A stretch of 64,000 bases of DNA, from positions 1 to 64,000 of the forward strand of contig JBHLLF010000016.1 of NCBI GenBank assembly GCA_048885865.1, written 5' to 3'. Shown piece by piece: positions 48,566 through 57,271 of this stretch. A program made the translations under genes and the position numbers. The notes under the pieces were generated by a model. It was not told the origin of the DNA and did not search any database. It saw nothing but the letters and a program-made list of their open reading frames with translations. The DNA is from Candidatus Hermodarchaeota archaeon. Its GTDB lineage: Archaea > Asgardarchaeota > Thorarchaeia > Thorarchaeales > Thorarchaeaceae. Numbering within the stretch: the stretch's first letter is position 1; each line of letters opens with the position of its first letter.

Positions 48566-48765
48566 AAAAGACCCTCTCCTCTGACATGAAGGAGGAAGCA
48601 GCTGACACAGTCTGAAAGACTGCGAGTCAACGATTCCAGGAAAACAAGTCGGTACTGATGTTGAGTGTGCGATATATGGAATACTTGCTAAATGGGCCTC
48701 TCTCGGCCCGTGTTCCATTGGTAATAACGCACGCTCATTGTTTCACAACCTTGGAAAGGGTTATC
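48566..48765 (-). promoter_or_regulatory. Structured trpB2 5' leader (candidate attenuator)
   Basis: Several nested stems, alternative pairing of 48753-48761 with 48571-48579, hairpin plus UUUU at 48566-48599; TATA TTTAAATA at 48784-48791. Confidence 0.6.
48688..48738 (-). CDS. Candidate leader peptide MSVRYYQWNTGRERPI
   Basis: ATG at 48738 to TAG at 48688; Tyr-Tyr-Gln-Trp codons; GGTTGTGA SD-like site upstream; lies in the trpB2 leader. Confidence 0.5.
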   Translation of the reverse strand: MSVRYYQWNTGRERPI

Positions 48766-48770
48766 CACTG

Positions 48771-48829
48771 CGTACAACTTCCCTATTTAAACCTGCCCAT
48801 CTCTGTACATCAGTCCCCATATCTGTACA
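48771..48829 (-). promoter_or_regulatory. trpB2 promoter with TRP-box-like TGTACA array
   Basis: TGTACA-gata-TGGGGA-ctga-TGTACA-gaga-TGGGCA-gg-TTTAAATA-gggaagt-TGTACG. Confidence 0.7.
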
Positions 48830-48830
48830 T

Positions 48831-49334
48831 TCATTTCTTCTGGAGATTTCTAAGCATTAGAGTATCAAGGTAGGTGTCCATAGCGAACATAGTAAGTGTC
48901 CGATCAACTGCGGGCATCTCGCGAAGTGAATCGACAATGAAGCTATTCATCTCTTGCACATCCCTGGCTCTCACCTTTAGAAGTACATCGAACTCGCCAC
49001 TAAGAACATGAACCTCCTGAACGAATGGATGTTGGGCAATTTCCTCACAAAACTCACGCTGAGAAATGACCTTTCTACTTCCTGGAACTCTATAGCGGAT
49101 AGTGATGAGTATGAGAGCCAATGTTGGACGACCTAGTTTCGCAGGATTCAGGACTGCTGTGAACAGATCAATGATCCCTCTTTTCCTTAGATTCCCAATG
49201 CGCGCATGAACTGTAGAGATTCCCTTTCCAACTTGCTTGGAAATGTCTGAGACACTCATCCGACCATCCTGTTGAAGAAGCTCGAGGATTTTCACATCGG
49301 TCTCATCAATCTTTTCCGTAATTTCTTCGGACAT
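48831..49334 (-). CDS. Lrp/AsnC family regulator (paralog 2)
   Basis: IDETDVKIL, STVHARI and VLSGEFDVLLKV; close paralog of 31320-31826. Start MSEEIT inferred. Confidence 0.95.
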   Translation of the reverse strand: MSEEITEKIDETDVKILELLQQDGRMSVSDISKQVGKGISTVHARIGNLRKRGIIDLFTAVLNPAKLGRPTLALILITIRYRVPGSRKVISQREFCEEIAQHPFVQEVHVLSGEFDVLLKVRARDVQEMNSFIVDSLREMPAVDRTLTMFAMDTYLDTLMLRNLQKK

Positions 49335-49361
49335 GCGTATCAATTCCGCAATTTCTTCGGA
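49314..49361. promoter_or_regulatory. 18-bp direct repeat TTCCG(T/C)AATTTCTTCGGA with 30-bp period; candidate Lrp operator
   Basis: Copies at 49314-49331 and 49344-49361, each CCG-N9-CGG. Confidence 0.6.
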
Positions 49362-49446
49362 TAGCCGGAATTCTATAGAAGATAGTAGAAATACTTTCTG
49401 TTTTTCGCCGGAAATCCTTATACTAACCTTTGATTCTAAAGCTAAA

Positions 49447-50748
49447 ATGCGAGAAACACCCGACCGACCAGAATTCCTGAGGCTGTTGTTCAGTACAGTC
49501 TTGGGAGCAACAAAGAGCATCGAAATTGCATTCGAGGACTACGATGACGTCATGAAGAATGGCGTTTATTTTGACGGCTCCTCAGTCCCTGGATACGCGT
49601 CGGTCAATAGCTCTGATCTCCTATTGAAACCCCGCTCATCTCGTCCTGTCCTCCTTCCTTGGGAAAAAGATGTCGCGGTCTTGGTTTGCGGGGTCTTCGA
49701 AGCATCCGGAGACCCCCACCCAAGAGATCCTTCTGGCGTGCTGGCTAGAATTACTGGTTCCGCTAGAGAAGCAGGATTTGAGTTGAGAGTGGGTTCAGAA
49801 CTTGAGTTCTTCCTAGTCAAGGAAAATGGGCGTGGCATAATAGTGCCTGGGGATGGAGGCGGCTATTTCTCAACCCTTCCCACAGACGGAGGTTTGCAGT
49901 TTAGAAGGCAAGTTGCGAAATCACTGGGTTCTATTGGCGTATCTACGACAACCCATCACCATGAAGTGGCTGCAGGGCAGCATGAAGTAGGACTCAGGTT
50001 CTGCAGCGCCATTGATGCGGCGGATGATATAATGCTAGCCAGGCTTCTGATTGCAGAGATGGCTCATGAGATTGGAGCAATTGCAACATTCATGCCAAAG
50101 CCATTCAGCGGGATGAATGGAAGTGGCATGCATCTTCATCAGAGCCTATGGAGCGTTGATGAAGGATCAAACCTTTTCTCGAGTGGGAAACCAGGACAAG
50201 TATCTGAATTAGCAGGAAGCTATGTAGCTGGACTCCTAGAACACGCTGATGCACTCGCCGCGATAGTTGCCCCCTCGGTGAACTCATTCAAGAGGCTAAC
50301 TCCCGGTTATGAAGCTCCAACAAGGATTGCATGGGGCCCCAGAAACAGGTCTACAATGATCAGGGTACCACAATACAATGGATCTGATGTGAAGGCTAGA
50401 ATCGAATTTAGATGCCCAGATCCATTATGTAGTTCCCACTTAGCTTTTGCAGCAACTTTTGCGGCCGGGCTGGATGGAATAAAGAGGGGATTGACTCCTC
50501 CAGAACCAACAGGCGAGAACCTGTACAAGACTGCTACAGAAACCAAGTCCCTCCCAGGCAGTCTTGGCGATGCACTCGAGATGCTTCAATGTGATGAGGT
50601 CATTGTAGATGCATTGGGGAGAAGCCTGGTTGATACGATTGTCAAAATGAGAGCTGCAGAATGGGCAGAATATGTTGAGGTGACAGGAGACCCAGGGGTA
50701 TCTGAAGTCACGCCCTGGGAGATATCGAGGTACCTTCGTTTCAATTAG
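49447..50748 (+). CDS. glnA: Glutamine synthetase type I
   Basis: FDGSS, ELEFF, HHEVA.GQHE, FMPKP..NGSGMH, GYEAP, NRS..IRVP and RIEFR motifs. Start at 49447 inferred. Confidence 0.9.
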   Translation: MRETPDRPEFLRLLFSTVLGATKSIEIAFEDYDDVMKNGVYFDGSSVPGYASVNSSDLLLKPRSSRPVLLPWEKDVAVLVCGVFEASGDPHPRDPSGVLARITGSAREAGFELRVGSELEFFLVKENGRGIIVPGDGGGYFSTLPTDGGLQFRRQVAKSLGSIGVSTTTHHHEVAAGQHEVGLRFCSAIDAADDIMLARLLIAEMAHEIGAIATFMPKPFSGMNGSGMHLHQSLWSVDEGSNLFSSGKPGQVSELAGSYVAGLLEHADALAAIVAPSVNSFKRLTPGYEAPTRIAWGPRNRSTMIRVPQYNGSDVKARIEFRCPDPLCSSHLAFAATFAAGLDGIKRGLTPPEPTGENLYKTATETKSLPGSLGDALEMLQCDEVIVDALGRSLVDTIVKMRAAEWAEYVEVTGDPGVSEVTPWEISRYLRFN

Positions 50749-50814
50749 ACATTCGGATTTCCAAAAGACTTCTATCGGACCATGTAGAGAAACTTCTTGG
50801 CAGGTGGTAATGAG

Positions 50815-51237
50815 ATGCCAGGTTTTGAGAGTACTGAGCAGTTGAAGGATGTGTTCGAGGAGTTCTGGACGAGATGTCAAGCTGAAGAAGAGGTCATGGC
50901 TAAAATGGCTAAGCAGGGAGTGACGGTCAGATTTGACATCGAAGAGCCAGAAGCGCATCCAACAATAGACTTCAAGAACCCAGGGCCTGATGGAAAAGTT
51001 GGCCGCCTAATCTGGGATGCCACGGATGAGCCGGAACTCAAGGTATGGAGCAAGTCTGAAACAACGAATAAGTTCTGGCAAGGGAAGCTTAACACTGCGA
51101 TTGCACTAGCAAGGGGGCAGGTGAAAATCGACGGCCCAGTCACAAAGGCGATTGGGCTTGTTTCTCAGATCAAGCCGCTATTTGTCATATGGTCTGAGGT
51201 CCTAAAAGAAAAGGGTCTAGACAATATGGTCCTTTAG
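50815..51237 (+). CDS. SCP2 sterol/lipid-binding domain protein
   Basis: FWQGKLN..IALARGQVKIDGP motif. Confidence 0.85.
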   Translation: MPGFESTEQLKDVFEEFWTRCQAEEEVMAKMAKQGVTVRFDIEEPEAHPTIDFKNPGPDGKVGRLIWDATDEPELKVWSKSETTNKFWQGKLNTAIALARGQVKIDGPVTKAIGLVSQIKPLFVIWSEVLKEKGLDNMVL

Positions 51238-51257
51238 GAAAGTTTACTCCAAGGCAG

Positions 51258-52250
51258 ATGCTTATAATGAGCTTACGAGAGCTTGACTCTTTGGAAGTCA
51301 TAGCCATTGTAGATAATAGCTTATCAATCTGGACAGATCCTGAGAGGGAGGATGTGCAACGCTACCAGAAATGGGTTGAAGAAGAGGAGGAAGATGTAGA
51401 CAGACCACTACCAGTAGCTGGTGCAGGTCTGAGTCTTTATGTACGAGCCAAAGTGGATACTGAGACCTACACAATCCTCTACGATACTGCTGAAACATCT
51501 CAAAACATGGAGAATAACACTGCTGCATTGGGATTGAATCTAAAAGAGATTGACGCGATTGTGATATCTCACGGTCACGACGACCATTTTGGTGGCCTTC
51601 TCTGGACAGTCGAGAACATAGGGAAGAAAGACATACCAGTGTATGTGCATCCTCGGATGTTTCTGAAGAAAAGATATGAAGTAAGGAGTCCAGGAGGACT
51701 CAAAATCATTGATCTCAAATCTATGCCGTCCAAGGAAGAGATAGAGCAAGCAGGAGGTAAGGTCATCAGTACTGCAGAGCCTATTCTAATGGGTAACGGA
51801 ATTCTCCTCAGAACTGGTGAAGTCCCTCGTCTCACGGATTACGAGAAAGGTATGGAAGGACTCAAAGCGCTCATGAATGGAAAATGGCAAGATGATGCTG
51901 ATGTGAAGCATGATGTAAGCCTTGTCGCCAATGTAAAAGACAAAGGACTTGTTGTCATCTCAGGATGCTCACATGCAGGGATAATCAATATCATCCGAGA
52001 AGCTCAGCGGCTTACACAGAAAACCGATGTTTATGCAGTGATTGGTGGATTTCATCTGGCAATGGGAGTCAAGAAAGACGCAATGCTGGAAACTGTCAAG
52101 ACAATGAAGAAGATTCATCCAAAGCTCTTGGTGCCATGCCACTGCACTGGATGGCGTGCGCGTCACTTAATGAGTGCAGAAATGCCGTCTGAGTATGTTG
52201 AAGGGAGCGTAGGACACAAATACGTCATTGGAGATGGTGATGTATCCTAA
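51258..52250 (+). CDS. MBL-fold metallo-hydrolase (MJ0301/dihydropterin-related subgroup)
   Basis: SHGHDDHFGG, SGCSHAG, GGFHL and PCHCTG motifs. Confidence 0.88.
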   Translation: MLIMSLRELDSLEVIAIVDNSLSIWTDPEREDVQRYQKWVEEEEEDVDRPLPVAGAGLSLYVRAKVDTETYTILYDTAETSQNMENNTAALGLNLKEIDAIVISHGHDDHFGGLLWTVENIGKKDIPVYVHPRMFLKKRYEVRSPGGLKIIDLKSMPSKEEIEQAGGKVISTAEPILMGNGILLRTGEVPRLTDYEKGMEGLKALMNGKWQDDADVKHDVSLVANVKDKGLVVISGCSHAGIINIIREAQRLTQKTDVYAVIGGFHLAMGVKKDAMLETVKTMKKIHPKLLVPCHCTGWRARHLMSAEMPSEYVEGSVGHKYVIGDGDVS

Positions 52251-52310
52251 AGCATATAAGCACGAAAAAAAGGATTCAATGTGTACATCAATTAACGATG
52301 GTGAAGACAA

Positions 52311-52520
52311 ATGGCGGAAGCTATCACAAAAGAAATGACAATTGGCGAAGTAGTCATGAAGTGGCCCGAGACCGCAGGGACATTCATGGAGTGGGGACTA
52401 CACTGCTACGGTTGTGCAGTAGCCAGGTTCGAAAACATCGAACAAGGGGCCCAGGCTCATGGCATAGATCCCGACAAGCTAGTCGAGGCACTGAATGACA
52501 CTATTGAAAAGAAAGAGTAA
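52311..52520 (+). CDS. DUF1858 domain small protein
   Basis: ITKEMTIGEVV..WPET..GLHCYGC..ENIEQGA..HGID. Confidence 0.9.
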   Translation: MAEAITKEMTIGEVVMKWPETAGTFMEWGLHCYGCAVARFENIEQGAQAHGIDPDKLVEALNDTIEKKE

Positions 52521-52591
52521 TCCAGCTTCTTTTTCATGGGAGCAAGACCAGCTCCCCAACTAATTCTTTTCAGTTGGTACTAGGCCTATTC

Positions 52592-53440
52592 CTATTCTGG
52601 CTTTATTCTACCATACAGACGTCCGGTTTCCTCCTCGGCCATCTCGAAACTGTAATCGGCATCTGGGAATGTACCTTCACGCACCTCTGAGGAAAACTCC
52701 TTCACAGCCTTTTCGATGACCTCACGGATGTTTGCATATCTCTTCACGAACTTCGGCTTGAAGTCTTGGAAAAGGCCGAGCATGTCAGGCAAAACAAGGA
52801 CCTGTCCGTCACAGTAAGGGCCCGCACCAATCCCGATCGTGGGAATGCCTATTGTCTCTGTAATCACCTTAGCGGTTTCTGAAGGTGCAAGTTCGATGAC
52901 AATCGAGAAAGCCCCAGCTTCCTCAAGCGCCTGAGCCTGTTTAACCATCTCTTTGGTCTGCTTCGCTGTGCGTCCTTGAACTCTGTAGCCTCCCACTTGG
53001 AAGATAGACTGGGGAGTCAAGCCGATATGTCCCATGACTGGAATTCCAGAGTCCACAACAGCTCGAACAATCTCAACCACCCTTCCTGCGCCTTCTATCT
53101 TGACTGCTTCAGCCCCACCCTCTTGAAGCATGCGTGCGCAGTTTTCAAGGGCTTGCTCCACGCTCACCTTATAGCTCATAAAGGGCATATCACCCACTAT
53201 GAGACAGTTTGGTTTAGCTCGCGATACCGCAGCAGAGTGATGGATTACATCTTCAAGTGTGACTGGAATGGTGGTTTCATATCCAAGCATGCTGTTACCG
53301 ACTGAGTCACCAACCAGAATCATGTCCACTCCGCATTCACTCAGAATCTGTGCAGATGGTGTGTCATATGCTGTGAGCATCACTATCTTCTTGCCCTTCT
53401 TCTTCATTAAGCGGATTCCATGTGTAGTCTTTCTTGCCAA
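52592..53440 (-). CDS. panB: 3-methyl-2-oxobutanoate hydroxymethyltransferase
   Basis: MLTAYD, LVGDS, DMPF, VKIEG, GHIGLTPQ and IGIGAG..CDGQVLV motifs. Confidence 0.97.
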   Translation of the reverse strand: MARKTTHGIRLMKKKGKKIVMLTAYDTPSAQILSECGVDMILVGDSVGNSMLGYETTIPVTLEDVIHHSAAVSRAKPNCLIVGDMPFMSYKVSVEQALENCARMLQEGGAEAVKIEGAGRVVEIVRAVVDSGIPVMGHIGLTPQSIFQVGGYRVQGRTAKQTKEMVKQAQALEEAGAFSIVIELAPSETAKVITETIGIPTIGIGAGPYCDGQVLVLPDMLGLFQDFKPKFVKRYANIREVIEKAVKEFSSEVREGTFPDADYSFEMAEEETGRLYGRIKPE

Positions 53441-53579
53441 TGCGAATCAGGTCTCCTTTTGCCTATGACATAAGCCGGGTATTTATGGTTTGTATATAAA
53501 GAAAACAACAGCGTATATCCATGTATATAATTGAGTCAATCGACTGAGTAAACAAGCAGTAGGCTATAGAATGCAGTTA

Positions 53580-54017
53580 CTATAGCCCCTTCTCGTAAAG
53601 TCCCTTGCCTACTGCGGGAGCACCAACAGTGAAGAGCACAAGGTATACGGTGCCCCATAATGGGTCGAAGGTTATCCACCTACTCATCACTAGGGTCCAT
53701 ACAACAAATCCCAAAGTAGCCATCACAAGCTGAACCTTGATGGACTTGACATGTTCCATGTTTAGGGGGCTTTCCTCCTTAGTGATGCCAGCAACTACTA
53801 GAGGAGTAAGAATAAGGAATAATAGATACACAAGCGGCATCTCTCCCGTTCGTCCTGCAGCGACAAACATCTCCTCAATCAACTTGTATCCGGCAATCAC
53901 GGGGGCTGGCACATACTTGATAAGAATGCCAAAGTAATCATCGGGCTTATCAGGTACAAGGACTGTTGCTTCTGTGGGAGCATCAATCATCTTTCTCGTT
54001 ACAACTTTGAGACCCAT
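53580..54017 (-). CDS. Hypothetical 4-TM membrane protein
   Basis: DDYFGILIKYVPAPVIAGY followed by hydrophobic segments. Confidence 0.7.
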   Translation of the reverse strand: MGLKVVTRKMIDAPTEATVLVPDKPDDYFGILIKYVPAPVIAGYKLIEEMFVAAGRTGEMPLVYLLFLILTPLVVAGITKEESPLNMEHVKSIKVQLVMATLGFVVWTLVMSRWITFDPLWGTVYLVLFTVGAPAVGKGLYEKGL

Positions 54018-54111
54018 TTTGGAACCTCCTCTGAGTGAGAAGCTTACCACTCCAAATATGTCCTGTGGTACAATGAACTAGATGCACGGACAGGGATGAC
54101 ACTGAGAACTC

Positions 54112-57054
54112 TCAGAGATTGACGCCTTTCTTTCTCAACCGACGCTTGTAGAGCTCAACCCCAACGATTGCTGGAAGTGAAAACAGGAGAACTATCAACC
54201 AGTCAATGTAGGTGAGAGGCATGAAATAGAAGTCTAGGCCGAAAGGTGCAAGAATCTCCTGAGCCAGTGGTACGTACATCAACAGGTAATGCGCCAGGTA
54301 TATGAGACCGAGGAAGATTGTGTATCGATAGGTGCCTGGTTCTCGCAGACTTTTGCCAATTCCCATGTTTATTCTACGAATGCTGAGGACAATAGTACTC
54401 TCAACCAGGAGAATTACTGATAGCATCATCACTGCAGCCTTGGCTGCCTCAATGGGGACAACGAATCCAGTTGAACCATAGAAGCCCGCGTGGTTCTCCG
54501 GGACAACAGTGATTATGCCCCACCACCCAGTCAGGGTGAGCATGTAGACCATAGCTGCTCCAAATATCATCAAAACCACATTCAATGCCATGAACTTCGC
54601 CAGCGGTCTTGGAATGATTTCTTCGCTATCCCTTGGTTTCTCTTCCATAGCTCTAGGTGAGGTCTTGTCGAATACCAAAGCTAGTCCTGGGAACGAATGC
54701 GTGGTCACAACCAAGTAGAGGCTCTGCCATGTGGTAAGCATGATAATGGCGGCGGGTAGGATAAAGAGAGCACCAAAGAAGAGGATGCTCTCGAACAGGT
54801 TGATGGCTATGTAGAAGTAGATCATCATTCTGATCTTCTGGAAGAGACCCCTTCCCTCATGGACTCCTGTGACGATTGAAGCAAAGCTGTCATCAGTTAT
54901 CACTAGATCTGCAGCCTCTTTCGCCACGTCAGTACCCGTAATCCCCATCGCGATGCCAGCATCACTCATTGCTAGAGCGAGTGAGTCATTGACACCATCA
55001 CCCGTCATTGCGACGACGCGTTGTTGGTCCTGGTAACGTTCAACAATCACTTGCTTGTGCTCAGGATTCACACGAGCAAACACATTTACTCGCGGAAAGT
55101 CATCATCCTTGACATCGTAGACATCTTGACCTTCAACTACTAGAGAATTCTGACCATAGATTCCAAGATCCTCTGCTATTGTCTTGGCTGTCGCTGCGGA
55201 GTCACCGGTTATCATAACCACGTTGATGCCTGCACTGTGGCATTCTTCAACTGCGTGTTTCACACCTTCTCGTGGAGGGTCAACAATGCACGCAAAGCCA
55301 AGGTATGTCAGGTCACTCTCCGCAACTTCCCGAGCATCCTTCTCAGGAGGCAATGCATCCATTCTCTTCTTAGCAAGCGATATGACCCTGTAGCCTCTTG
55401 CCGCGTAACCATCGACTAATTGCTTAACTCTCTGCTGTGCCTCAGATGTGAATGTGGCTAACTTCTTGCCATTCCCGATGGTAGTACATCTCGGGAGTAG
55501 GACTTCGGTCGCACCCTTTGCATAGGAAACGAACTTTGCACCATCCTGACAAATTCGGGACATCCTCTTTAACTCGGACTCAAACGGAAACTCCTCAATC
55601 ACCTTATAGCGCTCTCGAATAAGCTGCTCATCCACCCCACTCTTTCTAAACAATGTCAGCAATGCTGCATCCGTTGGATCTCCTAGGGGTTCCCAAACCG
55701 TCCCCTGGTCGGGAATCTCTTTCAAAGCGATCTCTGCGTCATTGTTGATGCCACCACATGTGATGAGGTCGAGCAAATGAGGCCATGCCGCGACATCAGA
55801 AACAAGCGACTGTTCAGCAGTGTTGCTAGTAGGGGCACCTAGCTTGTAAATTTCGCCCTCTGGTTTGTAGCCATCACCTGTTACAGTATAGAGGAACTCG
55901 GTGTCCCAACAATGCGTCACAACCATTTGATTTCTTGTGAGTGTACCAGTCTTGTCTGAGCAAATCACGCTCACTCGACCCAGGCTTTCCACAGCAGAGA
56001 GGTCTCTGATTATTACCCCCTTCCTTGCCATGGCAAGAACACCTGTCAGAAGAACAATGGTGGTCAGGAGTGGAATGTTGATGGGCATGATAGTCATTGC
56101 ACGTGTTATCCCTGCAGTGATTCTACTCGCGATAATCTCCATAATTTCTTGAAAGCCAGGGGCAATGAAAATTGGAATCTCCTCACCCAGGATCAATGGC
56201 TGGATGAAGAGCTGCCAGAGCACAGAAGTGGCCATCAAGACAATAGCCGCGATTCCAAGATACTTTGCAAGAAGATTGACCTTCTTTCGCAGTGGAATAT
56301 CTCCCGTATTCAGTTCACCTAGAGTACCCTGAATCTTTCCGATTTCAGTTCCGCCGCCCGTCGTTGTAGTCAAGACCTTTGCAGATCCAGTCGCGACGAA
56401 TGTTCCGAAGAACACCATGTTGTGCATGTCTGTCAATGGGGCATCTTCTGCTGCTTCATCACTTGCGCTCTTCATCACTGGCACGCTTTCACCAGTGAGA
56501 GACGCTTCGTTAGTGGTGAGATTAGAACATTGCAGAATTCTAGCATCAGCTGGAATCTTGTCACCTTGTTCCAGAATGATGATGTCGCCAGGAACTATCT
56601 CAGTAGGTGTGATGTTCATCTCTGAGCCGTCGCGCAATACACGTGCTTCACCAAGTGATAATTTCTCCAATGCCTCCAACTTCTTCTGAGCTCGGTATTG
56701 CTGAAAGATGGCGACAAGGGAATTTACAATGACAATGCCAAGCCAAACCAGAGCTTGGCCCAGTTGGTTGTCTGGCGATGGAAATAGATAGGCTAGAAGA
56801 ATCAGTGCAGCTGAGCTTATTATATAGATGACAATTAGCCAGTTCAGAATCGGAGCAAGATAGACCTGCCAAAACGAGCCACGAATCTTGGGTATCTCGT
56901 TGGGGCCATATTCGTCCTTTCGAGACTTGACCGCACTCTTACTCAGACCTCTATCTGGGTCTACATCAAGCTCCTCCAGGACAGCAGGAAGAGGCAGGGA
57001 GTGATAGAGATTGCGTGATTGAACAGCAGTCTCTTGGGCAGTGTCCGCGGTCAT
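54112..57054 (-). CDS. P2-type ATPase with atypical transmembrane site (PINIP)
   Basis: TGES, DKTGT, KGA, DPPR, TGD and GDGVND motifs; M4 reads MPINIP and M6 reads VVTTHSFP. Confidence 0.93.
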   Translation of the reverse strand: MTADTAQETAVQSRNLYHSLPLPAVLEELDVDPDRGLSKSAVKSRKDEYGPNEIPKIRGSFWQVYLAPILNWLIVIYIISSAALILLAYLFPSPDNQLGQALVWLGIVIVNSLVAIFQQYRAQKKLEALEKLSLGEARVLRDGSEMNITPTEIVPGDIIILEQGDKIPADARILQCSNLTTNEASLTGESVPVMKSASDEAAEDAPLTDMHNMVFFGTFVATGSAKVLTTTTGGGTEIGKIQGTLGELNTGDIPLRKKVNLLAKYLGIAAIVLMATSVLWQLFIQPLILGEEIPIFIAPGFQEIMEIIASRITAGITRAMTIMPINIPLLTTIVLLTGVLAMARKGVIIRDLSAVESLGRVSVICSDKTGTLTRNQMVVTHCWDTEFLYTVTGDGYKPEGEIYKLGAPTSNTAEQSLVSDVAAWPHLLDLITCGGINNDAEIALKEIPDQGTVWEPLGDPTDAALLTLFRKSGVDEQLIRERYKVIEEFPFESELKRMSRICQDGAKFVSYAKGATEVLLPRCTTIGNGKKLATFTSEAQQRVKQLVDGYAARGYRVISLAKKRMDALPPEKDAREVAESDLTYLGFACIVDPPREGVKHAVEECHSAGINVVMITGDSAATAKTIAEDLGIYGQNSLVVEGQDVYDVKDDDFPRVNVFARVNPEHKQVIVERYQDQQRVVAMTGDGVNDSLALAMSDAGIAMGITGTDVAKEAADLVITDDSFASIVTGVHEGRGLFQKIRMMIYFYIAINLFESILFFGALFILPAAIIMLTTWQSLYLVVTTHSFPGLALVFDKTSPRAMEEKPRDSEEIIPRPLAKFMALNVVLMIFGAAMVYMLTLTGWWGIITVVPENHAGFYGSTGFVVPIEAAKAAVMMLSVILLVESTIVLSIRRINMGIGKSLREPGTYRYTIFLGLIYLAHYLLMYVPLAQEILAPFGLDFYFMPLTYIDWLIVLLFSLPAIVGVELYKRRLRKKGVNL

Positions 57055-57271
57055 TAAAGTCCCTCTTGTTGCTATTGGGCAAAAGGATAGTGTGCAGATA
57101 AATCAACTTGTGCCCTACAGCACCCACATCATGGCAACAGATTCCTCCATGAACGCACAGTTCCATTAAATGGTTTCACCGTGTTTCCAGAATCCTGATG
57201 CAATAATACCGTTGTCGATAGGTTCATCTATTAAAAAATCTGAGTCGAAACAGATGGCGCTGGTGCACGCT

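Noticed and set aside
49333-49520. Apparent head-to-head overlap of the lrp and glnA ORFs
   Set aside because: Artefact of longest-ORF calling; homology begins at 49334 (lrp) and about 49447 (glnA), leaving a normal divergent promoter.
53491-53530. Repeated TGTATATAA upstream of panB
   Set aside because: Short and AT-rich; could simply be TATA-like elements, with no second locus to support a motif.
57055-57240. Possible c-di-AMP or yybP-ykoY riboswitch upstream of the P-type ATPase
   Set aside because: Only superficial matches (GGAGGAA, CCCAATAGCAAC) and two stems; the consensus cores are missing. A cmsearch would settle it.
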